Source: Candidatus Kuenenia stuttgartensis
GTDB lineage: Bacteria; Planctomycetota; GCA-002687715; CAIWVZ01
DNA: 64,000 bases
NCBI GenBank assembly: GCA_945860915.1
Contig: CAMARR010000007.1
Span: forward strand, 37,010-101,009
Direction of reading: 5' to 3'
The notes below the pieces were generated by a model. That model had not been told where the DNA came from and ran no database searches. It was given only the letters and a program-made list of their open reading frames with translations. Position 1 is the stretch's first letter; every line of letters begins with the position of its first letter. Made by a program: the position numbers and the translations under genes. This document shows, piece by piece, positions 52,352 through 60,899 of this stretch.

Positions 52352-53171
52352 CCCATCGGGGCGCCTTACCACGTTCCTTGTCCATTCTGGCGAGGAACTG
52401 CAACGCCCCAAGTCCGACATCAATTGCGTGAGATTCAGCCTTGGCGCGTTGTCCGGCTTCGAGAAAGACGTCCGTCGCCCGATTCGCGAAAACCGCGCAA
52501 ACAGCGCCTGCGCGGCACCCGAGGAGATGCGCTAACACGAGAAGGGACGATGCCTCCATCTCAAGATTGAGGACCCCCTGATCGGCTAATTGTTTTGGCA
52601 GTTCCGAGAACCGCCCCTTGAGCACTTCATGGTCACGCCCCTGCCAGCCGTAGAAACCTGGTGCGGTCGCAGTAAGACCTACGTGGTGCCGGTGGCCGCA
52701 AGACGCGGCTGCAGACGACAACGCGAGGACAACCTCATGGTTCGCGACAGCCGGAAACCCTGGCTCGACGAAGGCTGCTGTCGTGTTCTCAAGGCGAACT
52801 GCTCCCGTTGTGATCACGAGATCGCCTGGCTTCATGTCCGCGCGCAACGCGCCGCATGTCCCGACCCTGATGATGTCCGGCGTTTCAACGCATCGGAGAA
52901 GTTCAACAACCGCGATTTCTGTGTTGTCGGGGCCCATTCCCGTCGCCATGACTGTGACGTCAAGCCCCTTCCAAATGCCCGTGAAGGTCACAAACTCACG
53001 GTGGGTTTTGGGGAACCCAGGGCGAATGGAATCGAAGCGCTTGGCAATCGCGGCCGCGCGGGCCGGGTCGCCAACAAGCAGAATCCGACGAGCCACATCT
53101 TTGGGCTTCAGGCCGATGTGATATTGCTCACCGGCAGGACCCTTCGGTCGATTGGCACGTTGCTGGCTCAT
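52332..53171 (-). CDS. nucleoside phosphorylase (PNP/UDP family; DeoD/Udp-like)
   Basis: PNP_UDP_1 fold ([26 protein letters not shown] ... [15 protein letters not shown]). Overlaps the deoC stop by 4 nt. Confidence 0.8.
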   Translation of the reverse strand: MSQQRANRPKGPAGEQYHIGLKPKDVARRILLVGDPARAAAIAKRFDSIRPGFPKTHREFVTFTGIWKGLDVTVMATGMGPDNTEIAVVELLRCVETPDIIRVGTCGALRADMKPGDLVITTGAVRLENTTAAFVEPGFPAVANHEVVLALSSAAASCGHRHHVGLTATAPGFYGWQGRDHEVLKGRFSELPKQLADQGVLNLEMEASSLLVLAHLLGCRAGAVCAVFANRATDVFLEAGQRAKAESHAIDVGLGALQFLARMDKERGKAPRWVIAPSP

Positions 53172-53938
53172 CCTTCTCCCCTAACGATCTTCACTCCGGC
53201 ACTCGCGCCGACGCGCGTTGCGCCGGCGGCGACCATGCGCTCGAGCGTCGCGCGATCCTTGACGCCTCCGGAAGCCTTCACGCCGAGAGAAGGACCCACT
53301 TCGGAGCGCATGAGAGCGATATCAGCAACGGTCGCACCGCCGGTTGAAAACCCGGTGGAAGTCTTGACGAAATCAGCGCCGGCCTTGACAGAGAGTCGAC
53401 ACGCACGGCGTTTCTCATCATCAGTCAGAAGGCACGTTTCCAAAATCACTTTGACTGTGATTCCCGCACGGCGCGCTGCGGTAACGGCCTCGATATCCCT
53501 AAGGACATCGTCATCCCGATTGGACTTGAGTAGGCCGATGGCGATGACCATGTCAATCTCGGTCGCCCCAAGTTCAATAGCCAATCGTGTCTCAGTGGCC
53601 TTCACGGCCGCCAATGTCGCGCCCAACGGGAATCCAACGACGGTGCACGTTTTAACGCCTGTGCCCGTGAGGCGGCGGGCGCATCGCTCAACCCAGATGG
53701 GATTAACACACACCGACGCAAATCGATGTTCCGCAGCCTCATCGCAAAGCCGGTCAATCTCATACTGCATAGCGTCGGGCTTGAGAATCGTGTGATCGAT
53801 CAGCGCCGCTACACTTGGAATTGCGTTCTTGGGCGATGGAGTAGTTCCGATGCGATCAGCACCCGCAACCACAAGCGCGTCGGTGACCGCATCAACCAAG
53901 CGCTCAAATGCGGCCGGATCCATGGCTCGACGGGTCAT
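53168..53938 (-). CDS. deoC: deoxyribose-phosphate aldolase
   Basis: Class I DERA. Schiff-base Lys context (FVKTSTGF) and catalytic Lys (VGVKASGG). Collinear with Thermotoga-type DERA, with about 12 extra N-terminal residues. Confidence 0.9.
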   Translation of the reverse strand: MTRRAMDPAAFERLVDAVTDALVVAGADRIGTTPSPKNAIPSVAALIDHTILKPDAMQYEIDRLCDEAAEHRFASVCVNPIWVERCARRLTGTGVKTCTVVGFPLGATLAAVKATETRLAIELGATEIDMVIAIGLLKSNRDDDVLRDIEAVTAARRAGITVKVILETCLLTDDEKRRACRLSVKAGADFVKTSTGFSTGGATVADIALMRSEVGPSLGVKASGGVKDRATLERMVAAGATRVGASAGVKIVRGEG

Positions 53939-54216
53939 GTTGGTCGGCTCTCCATGTCGAGCCCGTCAACCACGGCAACGATGACTGCTTGGACAGGTGT
54001 CGACTCACTCCCGATCATCATGCGCGCGCTGCCGCCTTCCTTCAGGATGACGACGAGATCTCCTTCGCCCGAGTCCACATGATCCACGGCCACTAACGCG
54101 CGTCCCGTGGGTGTGCCATCAGGATTTACAGGCTGGGCCAAGAGCAAACGCGCCCCCGCCAATTCACCATCGGCGATGGTGGCGTATACGGCACTCTGAA
54201 TGCGCGCAAGAATCAC
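53935..54216 (-). CDS. bacterial microcompartment vertex protein, EutN/CcmL/PduN family (BMC-P), copy 3
   Basis: [30 protein letters not shown] ... [17 protein letters not shown] ... SARMMIG ... AVIVAVVD matches the Pfam PF03319 pattern. GTG start overlaps the previous stop (GTGA). Confidence 0.78.
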   Translation of the reverse strand: MILARIQSAVYATIADGELAGARLLLAQPVNPDGTPTGRALVAVDHVDSGEGDLVVILKEGGSARMMIGSESTPVQAVIVAVVDGLDMESRPT

Positions 54217-54503
54217 CGAACGTCTCCGGGTAGAGGAAGTCGGTCTAGGATCGCAATGACTGACGCATCCGTCGCCACGAGATCCGTGGCATAGAGCCGC
54301 TTCCATGGAATCGCAGCCTCGCTTGCTGTCACATAAAGGACAATTTGCCCGGGACCTGCTCCAACTGTGTCAGTGGCGGCGATGACAGCACCATGCGGCG
54401 CTCCGGCTGCATTGAGAGGCTGCAGCATCAACATGCGACCGCGTTCAAGCGCTGCTTGCTTGGCCGTTGCCCAAACGGAACCAACGACACGAGCAATTTC
54501 CAT
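54213..54503 (-). CDS. bacterial microcompartment vertex protein, EutN/CcmL/PduN family (BMC-P), copy 2
   Basis: MEIARVVGSVWATAKQAALERGRMLMLQPLN ... ATDTVGAGPGQIVLYVTASEAA ... ASVIAILD is the canonical BMC-P pattern. 96 aa. Confidence 0.85.
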   Translation of the reverse strand: MEIARVVGSVWATAKQAALERGRMLMLQPLNAAGAPHGAVIAATDTVGAGPGQIVLYVTASEAAIPWKRLYATDLVATDASVIAILDRLPLPGDVR

Positions 54504-55207
54504 CAGGAACCTTCGATGAGCGCCACACGTCGGGTGTGGCGTCCCCCTTCAAAGGCCGTGTCGAGGAATGCGTCGACGATAGCCACCATCTCTTGCTCTT
54601 TCACGATTCTCGAACCAAGGCACAGGACGTTCGCGTCATTGTGGCTTCGAGCGGAGATGGCCTCGGCTACGACGGCGCAAGGCGCCGCGCGGACACCAGC
54701 ATGCCGGTTGCATGCCATCGCCGAAGCGACACCGGACCCATCAATGACAACAGCGCGTGCAACTCTTCCGGAAACTACCGCAAAGGCCGCTTGGTGGGCA
54801 AAGTCCGGCCAATCGACGGCTTCCGTCGAATGTGTTCCAAGATCGATGACCGTAATTCCTTTTGAAACAAGCAGAGGCTTCAGCGCCTCCTTGGCAGCGA
54901 ATCCTCCGTGATCTGATGCCACGGCAAGCAGATTCTTCACGGGCAATGGCCCGGCCTTCATGGCGACGCCGAGACGGTCAGCCGTCTCCCGCGCCAGCGG
55001 CGTCACCAATGAACCATCCGGCACTATTACAGGACTTCGAGCGGTGTACGCCGCCAAGACATCGGCCTCTGTTACGAGTAGACGTTGACGCCTATCTGCG
55101 GCGTCATCGAAACGCCTCCATCCGGCCACGCTCGCGGGCATCGAGGTCGGAGCGAACTTCTCGACAAGCGCGTCGCGGACGGCACGGCGGATCGCTTCAC
55201 GATCCAT
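54503..55207 (-). CDS. ribose-5-phosphate isomerase B (RpiB/LacA/LacB family) with about 85-aa N-terminal extension
   Basis: The C-terminal 149 aa align along the whole of E. coli RpiB (SDHGGF ... VIDGSGVASAMACN ... SHNDANVL ... FEGGRH). The N-terminal 85 aa have no RpiB counterpart and begin with an amphipathic helix. Confidence 0.8.
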   Translation of the reverse strand: MDREAIRRAVRDALVEKFAPTSMPASVAGWRRFDDAADRRQRLLVTEADVLAAYTARSPVIVPDGSLVTPLARETADRLGVAMKAGPLPVKNLLAVASDHGGFAAKEALKPLLVSKGITVIDLGTHSTEAVDWPDFAHQAAFAVVSGRVARAVVIDGSGVASAMACNRHAGVRAAPCAVVAEAISARSHNDANVLCLGSRIVKEQEMVAIVDAFLDTAFEGGRHTRRVALIEGS

Positions 55208-55529
55208 CCGGCTGTACTCCTAGATCAGTAACGCCCATCCTGTCAAACACTGCCCAATCACGGTCGACGATTTCTAGATCATCGACGATCGCAACGATCA
55301 CGGCATCAACCGCCTTATCCTTGGTGGCCTCCGTCTGACGTGCGCTCGACCCCTGAGTGACGAGCACAGTTTCACCCATCCCCGCGCCAATGACGTCGAC
55401 GGCGATCACGAACCCATCCCCCAGCGTTCGATCGGGCTTCAGCGCGCGTACAATCATCCACTTGAACCCCGAGACACGGGGATCTTTGCGGGTGGCCCAC
55501 ACGGTTCCTACAACTCTTCCAAGCAGCAT
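55197..55529 (-). CDS. bacterial microcompartment vertex protein, EutN/CcmL/PduN family (BMC-P), copy 1
   Basis: MLLGRVVGTVWATRKDPRVSGFKWMIVRAL ... VDVIGAGMGETVLVTQGSSARQ ... AVIVAIVDDLE. Start taken at the internal Met. Confidence 0.8.
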   Translation of the reverse strand: MLLGRVVGTVWATRKDPRVSGFKWMIVRALKPDRTLGDGFVIAVDVIGAGMGETVLVTQGSSARQTEATKDKAVDAVIVAIVDDLEIVDRDWAVFDRMGVTDLGVQPDGS

Positions 55530-55594
55530 GTTGTTTGACGGCTTGCGCCGGCCTTCCAAAGATAGAGGATAGTGCACGGTCCGCAAGCGTCCCC

Positions 55595-56287
55595 ATGAAG
55601 TCATTCCCCCGCGATCTTCTCGGTTCCTCTCGGCTCATCCTCCTCGCGATGGCCGTCTTCGCGTGGCTTTGCAAGGGGGTGCCCAACTTCATGCAAGGCG
55701 CCCCAGAAATCGTCGTGGATATGGCTGATTACTGCGGTGAGTTTGCGCCTCGGCTCCTAGCTGGGTCAGCAACCGTAGCCGGCGTCATTCACTTGCGCGG
55801 CGTTGAGCGATGGCAGTCACTGATCATCCCTTTGACGTTGCTCTTGGCCCTATTCGGGCTGCATCTTCGCGCCATTAACGCTCCAAACGATGTGGGCCAG
55901 CTCGAAGACCTTGCGACCACGGTCCTTACTCTGGCTTTCCCTTTCGCTGTTCTGATTCCTCTCGCCCGACGGGGCCCCGGATGGATAGGTTCCTTCGTCG
56001 TTTCTGCCCTTTGCTTTGGCATCGGACTGGCAATGGCATTCACTCGGCCGAACCGAGCAGCGTCGTACCTGAGTTCCGGCCTGGGCCTTCCCCCAACCGG
56101 AATCTACGCGCCACTGGCGGTCGCGATTTTGGCCGCGTTACTCCCGCTGGCACTCTCTCGAAGGTACGGACTCACGGTCGCAATTGCGACGTTTGCGTCG
56201 GCGCTACTGCCCCCTCTATGGGGCGACGGAGTTCGGCTTGCAATCTGCGTTATAGGAATGGCGCTCAGCTCAGCGCCGACGATCTAG
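55595..56287 (+). CDS. hypothetical polytopic membrane protein
   Basis: About 6 hydrophobic helices. It is the only long ORF in an otherwise gene-free 0.7-kb segment between the BMC-P operon and the BFN gene. Start taken at MKSFPRD. Could be an antisense artefact. Confidence 0.4.
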   Translation: MKSFPRDLLGSSRLILLAMAVFAWLCKGVPNFMQGAPEIVVDMADYCGEFAPRLLAGSATVAGVIHLRGVERWQSLIIPLTLLLALFGLHLRAINAPNDVGQLEDLATTVLTLAFPFAVLIPLARRGPGWIGSFVVSALCFGIGLAMAFTRPNRAASYLSSGLGLPPTGIYAPLAVAILAALLPLALSRRYGLTVAIATFASALLPPLWGDGVRLAICVIGMALSSAPTI

Positions 56288-56850
56288 GATTTCTCGTCGT
56301 CTGACGACTCATCAGAGAATTCGTCGTCGTCGAGCTCATCATCATCATCTTCGTCGTCGCTTTCCGCTCCGTCATCTTCCTCGTCCGCCTCGTCTCCATC
56401 CTTACTGTCAAGCATCGCCAGTTGCTCAGTGAAATCCTCCACGGTCTCAAGAACGCTCGTTGTGACCATAAGAGGAACTCCCCACTTCAACGCGAAAACC
56501 ATAGCGTCAGAAGCACGGGTATCGAGTCTTACCTCATTGCGATGCGAGTCAAGCTGTTGGCTCAGAATCAACGACGCACAATAGACTCCATTGTGAACAC
56601 TTGAGATCACAGCCCGCGTTACTCCGATGTCGAAACCGCGCAGAGCAAATTCCATAAGATCATGGGTCATCGGTCGATCTGCTCTGACTTTTCTGAGCTC
56701 ACGATCGATTGCCGCCCCTTCTACCTGACCGACGAAGATGACGAAGAGTTTGGTCGGATGCTTGATTGCAACGCCCACGGTCCCGCTTTCGCGAAAAACC
56801 AGAACGCGGTCGATCGATACCTCGACTGGTACGTTGGGATCAGTTGCCAT
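56284..56850 (-). CDS. bifunctional nuclease (BFN/DUF151) domain protein with poly-acidic C-terminal tail
   Basis: BFN-domain pattern (RPMTHDLMEFAL ... RASDAMVFAL) followed by about 45 residues of almost only Asp/Glu/Ser. Confidence 0.65.
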   Translation of the reverse strand: MATDPNVPVEVSIDRVLVFRESGTVGVAIKHPTKLFVIFVGQVEGAAIDRELRKVRADRPMTHDLMEFALRGFDIGVTRAVISSVHNGVYCASLILSQQLDSHRNEVRLDTRASDAMVFALKWGVPLMVTTSVLETVEDFTEQLAMLDSKDGDEADEEDDGAESDDEDDDDELDDDEFSDESSDDEKS

Positions 56851-56890
56851 GGCCTATGATGGTGACGCTAGCGAGGCCTCGAATCAAACC

Positions 56891-57508
56891 TCAAGGGACA
56901 ATCGAGACGGCCGTGCCGATTGGCGCATGTCTCCACAACTCAATGACATCGGCATTAGAGAGCGCGATACTGCCATCGGTGCAATGAGACGTCGAGACAG
57001 GAAAGAAGTTCCCCTGAATGCCAAACGGGCCGCCAATCTCCGGGGGGCATTTAGGGCGTTCCCCTCGTCGACGAGCGCGAATAATGCCGTCAAATGTCTC
57101 GCGATCGATGAGCCCGTGGTCGAATGCCCGGATGGCGTCGTCTTCTGATGGGAAGTCGATCTCCATCCACCGCGAGCCGCGCGCCAGAATCTCCTCGTGC
57201 ACGGCCACACGCGTGATGACATAATCCCCAAGTGGAGTGCTATCCCGTCCCACCCCGAGCATCCCGGGCACCCTCGCACGGCCGAATCCGGCAGGATAAC
57301 GCTTTACAAGGGTTTCGCCGTCGTAGAGTTCAACGACTCCGCGCGAAATCGTCGCAACGATTCGAGGTTCGCCGAGAGGCACCATGAGTCCTGCGACGGC
57401 TGCCGCCTCGGGAAGCGTGTCATCGGCGCCTTCTCGAAGCCATGCGCTTGTAACAAGCACGTAGCCGATCACGCTGAGAATCGAAGCTTGTATTAGGAAT
57501 CGAATCAT
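56891..57508 (-). CDS. L,D-transpeptidase (YkuD) family protein
   Basis: N-terminal membrane anchor. The C-terminal catalytic region contains a His ... SHCTDGSIALSNADVIELW stretch resembling the YkuD active site. Confidence 0.55.
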   Translation of the reverse strand: MIRFLIQASILSVIGYVLVTSAWLREGADDTLPEAAAVAGLMVPLGEPRIVATISRGVVELYDGETLVKRYPAGFGRARVPGMLGVGRDSTPLGDYVITRVAVHEEILARGSRWMEIDFPSEDDAIRAFDHGLIDRETFDGIIRARRRGERPKCPPEIGGPFGIQGNFFPVSTSHCTDGSIALSNADVIELWRHAPIGTAVSIVP

Positions 57509-57575
57509 GGCCTATCGAACGGATCGACACGATAGGCATCGGGCTAAAGTTGCATGCGATCTACGGATTAAATAT

Positions 57576-58724
57576 CTAGCCGCCGGGGTTCAACGAACGC
57601 AATTTCGCGACAGCCCTGCGCGTGATATCGACGGCAAAATCAACTTCCTCCGATGTGTTTTCAGCGCAAAGCGAATAGCGAACTGCGCCGAGAAGACGCT
57701 CGTATCGAAAGCCCATGGCCTCGAGAACATGGCTGCCGCCAAACTGTGCAGCGCTGCAGGCAGACCCCGCAGAGAGGCAAAGCCCCTCACGCGCCGCAGT
57801 CAACACAACGGACGACCCCTCAATCCTAGGGAACGACACGTTGACGGTACCAGGCATCCGTCCATCACCGCGACCGTTGACCACGCAACCTTCAATGGTC
57901 AACAGGGACTCTTCTAGTCTGGCTCCAATTCGAACAAGAGCTGCATTCCGCGATTCGATGTCCGTCGAGGCGATTCTGGCTGCGACCCCCATTCCGACAA
58001 CTCCGGGAACATTCTCTGTACCTGCGCGACGGCCCGATTCGTGTGGAGCGCCGTGGAGCAGCCTCCGGAATCGAGCGTCGCGTCGGACAAAAAGTGCACC
58101 CACACCCTTCGGGCCGTGAAACTTGTGCGCTGAGATCGAGAGAAATTCACAACCGATGGTAGTGACATCCAGCGGAACCTTGCCTGGCGCTTGAGTCGCG
58201 TCGATGTGGAAGGGCACGCCATAATGTTGGCAGAGGCTTGCGACCTTGCCGACCGGGAGAATCGTCCCGGTTTCGTTGTTGGACCACATGATCGAACACA
58301 ACGACGCCCCCTTCGCGAGCTCTGAATTGAGCACCTCGAGGTCTAGTCGACCTTCTCCGTCCACAGGAATGGAAACAGGTTCCACGCCTTCGCGACGAAG
58401 CGCAGCAGCCGTCTCAATCACGCATTCGTGTTCGATTGCCGAGTAGATCACCCGACGCGTACCGCTCCGGTCCGCCGCGACCGCCGCTCGCATCGCGGTG
58501 TTGACGGATTCCGTCGCACCGGACGTGAAAACGACCTCGGTTTCCCGGCAATTCAGAAGGCGCGCGACATCCAATCGGCTCGACTCAACGAGGACCCTCG
58601 CCCTAGCACCGGCGCCGTGAAGTGAGCTCGGATTCCCCCACGATTCCGACAGCACCATGTGAACCGCACGCACAACTTCGTCGCGAGGCCGTGTCGTTGC
58701 ATTCGAATCGAAATAAATTTCACG
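57576..58724 (-). CDS. iscS: cysteine desulfurase (class V aminotransferase, IscS/NifS-like)
   Basis: PLP Lys context (SISAHKFHGPKG) and active-site Cys loop (LSAGSACS). Confidence 0.9.
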   Translation of the reverse strand, partial: REIYFDSNATTRPRDEVVRAVHMVLSESWGNPSSLHGAGARARVLVESSRLDVARLLNCRETEVVFTSGATESVNTAMRAAVAADRSGTRRVIYSAIEHECVIETAAALRREGVEPVSIPVDGEGRLDLEVLNSELAKGASLCSIMWSNNETGTILPVGKVASLCQHYGVPFHIDATQAPGKVPLDVTTIGCEFLSISAHKFHGPKGVGALFVRRDARFRRLLHGAPHESGRRAGTENVPGVVGMGVAARIASTDIESRNAALVRIGARLEESLLTIEGCVVNGRGDGRMPGTVNVSFPRIEGSSVVLTAAREGLCLSAGSACSAAQFGGSHVLEAMGFRYERLLGAVRYSLCAENTSEEVDFAVDITRRAVAKLRSLNPGG

Positions 58725-58983
58725 CATGCGAGTTTCCCACGAGGCGACGCCACAAACGGATGAGCACATGCGGCCTTAGGGCTCGCTCTTGCTGAAGAAC
58801 CGTCGCGATGTCGGGAAGACAAGACTTGCATCCGGTCCCGGCCTTGCAGGCGCGCGAAACTGCCTCTAGCGAATCAGCACCTGACGCTCGGATGATCTCT
58901 CTGACACGACCGGCGCTCACATTGTGGCAATGGCACAACGTTCGAGTTGGATCATTCCACTCCTCAGCGCTAGGGGCATTCAT
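58720..58983 (-). CDS. BFD-like [2Fe-2S]-binding domain protein
   Basis: CxC ... CKAGTGCKSC four-cysteine pattern typical of Bfd/NifU-N-type 2Fe-2S domains. Overlaps the iscS start. Confidence 0.6.
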   Translation of the reverse strand: MNAPSAEEWNDPTRTLCHCHNVSAGRVREIIRASGADSLEAVSRACKAGTGCKSCLPDIATVLQQERALRPHVLIRLWRRLVGNSHA

Positions 58984-58987
58984 GGCA

Positions 58988-60046
58988 TCAGATTATCAGC
59001 GGTGATCTAGCAAGCACTGCCGCGACCTGGAGGGGAACATGCACTACCTGCCGACCTCGCGAGGCTCTGGTTCCGAGAATCTTGGGGATGGAAACGACCC
59101 CTCCCTCACGGAGCACCTCGGCGCGGAAGAGCATGGACTCGAGCGGAGTACCATCAATCGCAAGTCCACCATCGTCCGGCCGCCAACCCACAGCAGCCAA
59201 TGCCGCTGCGCGACGTTCCAGCGCAAGCCCAAGCACTGCATGGGCGTTCGGGCCAAGTCGTGCGCCGGTACGAACGATCGCCACGAGCGGCGCTGCAACG
59301 CCGCCGATCGCGTCATTGATCGCGGTTATGGCCTTCTTTCGCCGCTTCGGGAAGAGCGCAACTTTGGTGAGCGAAGAAGGCCGAATTCCAAAGAGATTGG
59401 TGGGCAATTTGGAGGAAAGCGGTGCTCCGTCAAGGACAAGCACCTCCATCGGAGGAAGCCACGGTCTTGCTAGGATGTCTACTAAAGTCTCGGCAGCGTA
59501 GTCAAGCGAAGTCGCTGCATCATGCCAGACGACGACGGAGACAGGCAATGGTCCTGGCGGACTCTCGGTGGCCGGCATGGGCTCACCCTGTCGGCGTCGA
59601 CCTAGGAGAGATAGTCTTCCTGTTTCGCTTCCGTCGATGACTCCAGGCAGACATGCGGCCTCGATGAATCGGCGCGCCCGGCGCGCTTCGGGCAGGGATG
59701 GCATAGGGACGTCGAGCAGGAACAGTCCCTCGCGACAGACTCGGCGAAGCACGGTTTCAATACGGTCGATCGCGTCTGTTCCAATTTCCGAGAGTATGGC
59801 CAGTGAAACGATATCGCCCTTGTCGCGAGCGACGGGCACGGGAGTCTTGCGCGCCAACGAGCGCAGGACGTCCGGTGGCACGTCCTCTGCGACCCAGACT
59901 TCGGACGCCGACACGGCCACGTTGTCAGAAACATCCGGCGCGGGATTCCCAGCGAGACGGGCCGGTCCGACGTGCTCGCCAAATGAGATCGTCTGCAACA
60001 ATCCCGCCCGCGGCATGAGGACAAAGTTCGGTGAATCAGAAGACAT
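58988..60046 (-). CDS. hypothetical protein, possible GT-A (family 2-like) glycosyltransferase fold
   Basis: Weak GT-A-like blocks (VSVVVWHD ... VLVLDGAP). The start is uncertain: the ORF extends to 60118, overlapping uppP. Confidence 0.4.
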   Translation of the reverse strand: MSSDSPNFVLMPRAGLLQTISFGEHVGPARLAGNPAPDVSDNVAVSASEVWVAEDVPPDVLRSLARKTPVPVARDKGDIVSLAILSEIGTDAIDRIETVLRRVCREGLFLLDVPMPSLPEARRARRFIEAACLPGVIDGSETGRLSLLGRRRQGEPMPATESPPGPLPVSVVVWHDAATSLDYAAETLVDILARPWLPPMEVLVLDGAPLSSKLPTNLFGIRPSSLTKVALFPKRRKKAITAINDAIGGVAAPLVAIVRTGARLGPNAHAVLGLALERRAAALAAVGWRPDDGGLAIDGTPLESMLFRAEVLREGGVVSIPKILGTRASRGRQVVHVPLQVAAVLARSPLII

Positions 60047-60866
60047 GCAAGACCAAATGACACGTTGAGACGAGTCCCAGTGCCAAGCAGTAGAAGCCAA
60101 AAGGACGCAAGCTTCCACGTCGCACGAATGGGAGCAGCCACCTAAGTGCTGCCACTCCCACGGCGAACGCCACGGCGCTTCCGATGATCACCGCTGTGTA
60201 ATTGACGACATTTCCCTCTGCATTGAATACGTCTTTTCCCTTGAGAGCAGCAGCACCAAGATTTGGGGGAAGTGACATGAGGAACGCGAACGGACCGACG
60301 ATTTCTCGCCGAACACCGCAAAGAAGCCCAGTTCCAATCGTGGCACCCGATCGGGAAAAACCTGGGAAAAACACGGATACCGACTGCGCAAAACCCATTG
60401 CGATCGCTTCTCGCACCCCAGCGTCTCTAGGTCCTGGTCGAAATCGGCTGGCAACTAACAACCAAATTCCCGTCCCAATCAAAACGACCGAAACGACGTC
60501 AGGCCGTTCGCGAAACCCCTCGAGGAATCGTTTAAAAATCACTCCAACAAGAACGGCCGGAATCGCGCTCATTGCGACGAGCACCAACATCCGAAAATCG
60601 TGGTTTTCGGACATGGATTTACGCCACCGCATCGGTTTGAGCAGGACCGGCACGCCTCTGACCATTGAGAGGACCTCTCGCCGAAACACCACAATCACGG
60701 AAAGAGATGTTGCGAGGTGAAGCAGGGCATCGAACGCCAAATTCTGCGGAACTCGATCCCCGCCGAGCCAAGCGCGGGCCAGCACGAGGTGCCCCGACGA
60801 GGATATCGGGAGGAACTCTCCGACACCTTGGATGAGTCCAAGCAGGGCAGCGTCGATCCATTGCAT
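60036..60866 (-). CDS. uppP: undecaprenyl-diphosphatase
   Basis: BacA motifs (GVGEFLPISSSGHL and FPGFSRSGATI). Start taken at MQWIDAAL. Confidence 0.85.
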   Translation of the reverse strand: MQWIDAALLGLIQGVGEFLPISSSGHLVLARAWLGGDRVPQNLAFDALLHLATSLSVIVVFRREVLSMVRGVPVLLKPMRWRKSMSENHDFRMLVLVAMSAIPAVLVGVIFKRFLEGFRERPDVVSVVLIGTGIWLLVASRFRPGPRDAGVREAIAMGFAQSVSVFFPGFSRSGATIGTGLLCGVRREIVGPFAFLMSLPPNLGAAALKGKDVFNAEGNVVNYTAVIIGSAVAFAVGVAALRWLLPFVRRGSLRPFGFYCLALGLVSTCHLVLHVF

Positions 60867-60899
60867 GAGGAATGCTAGCGAACGGGGTAGGATGCCCCC

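Noticed and set aside
55521-55600. Sigma-54 (-24/-12) promoter in front of the BMC-P operon
   Set aside because: The best candidate, TGGAAG-N5-CGCAAG, has the GG-to-GC spacing off by one and a poor -12 element. Not convincing.
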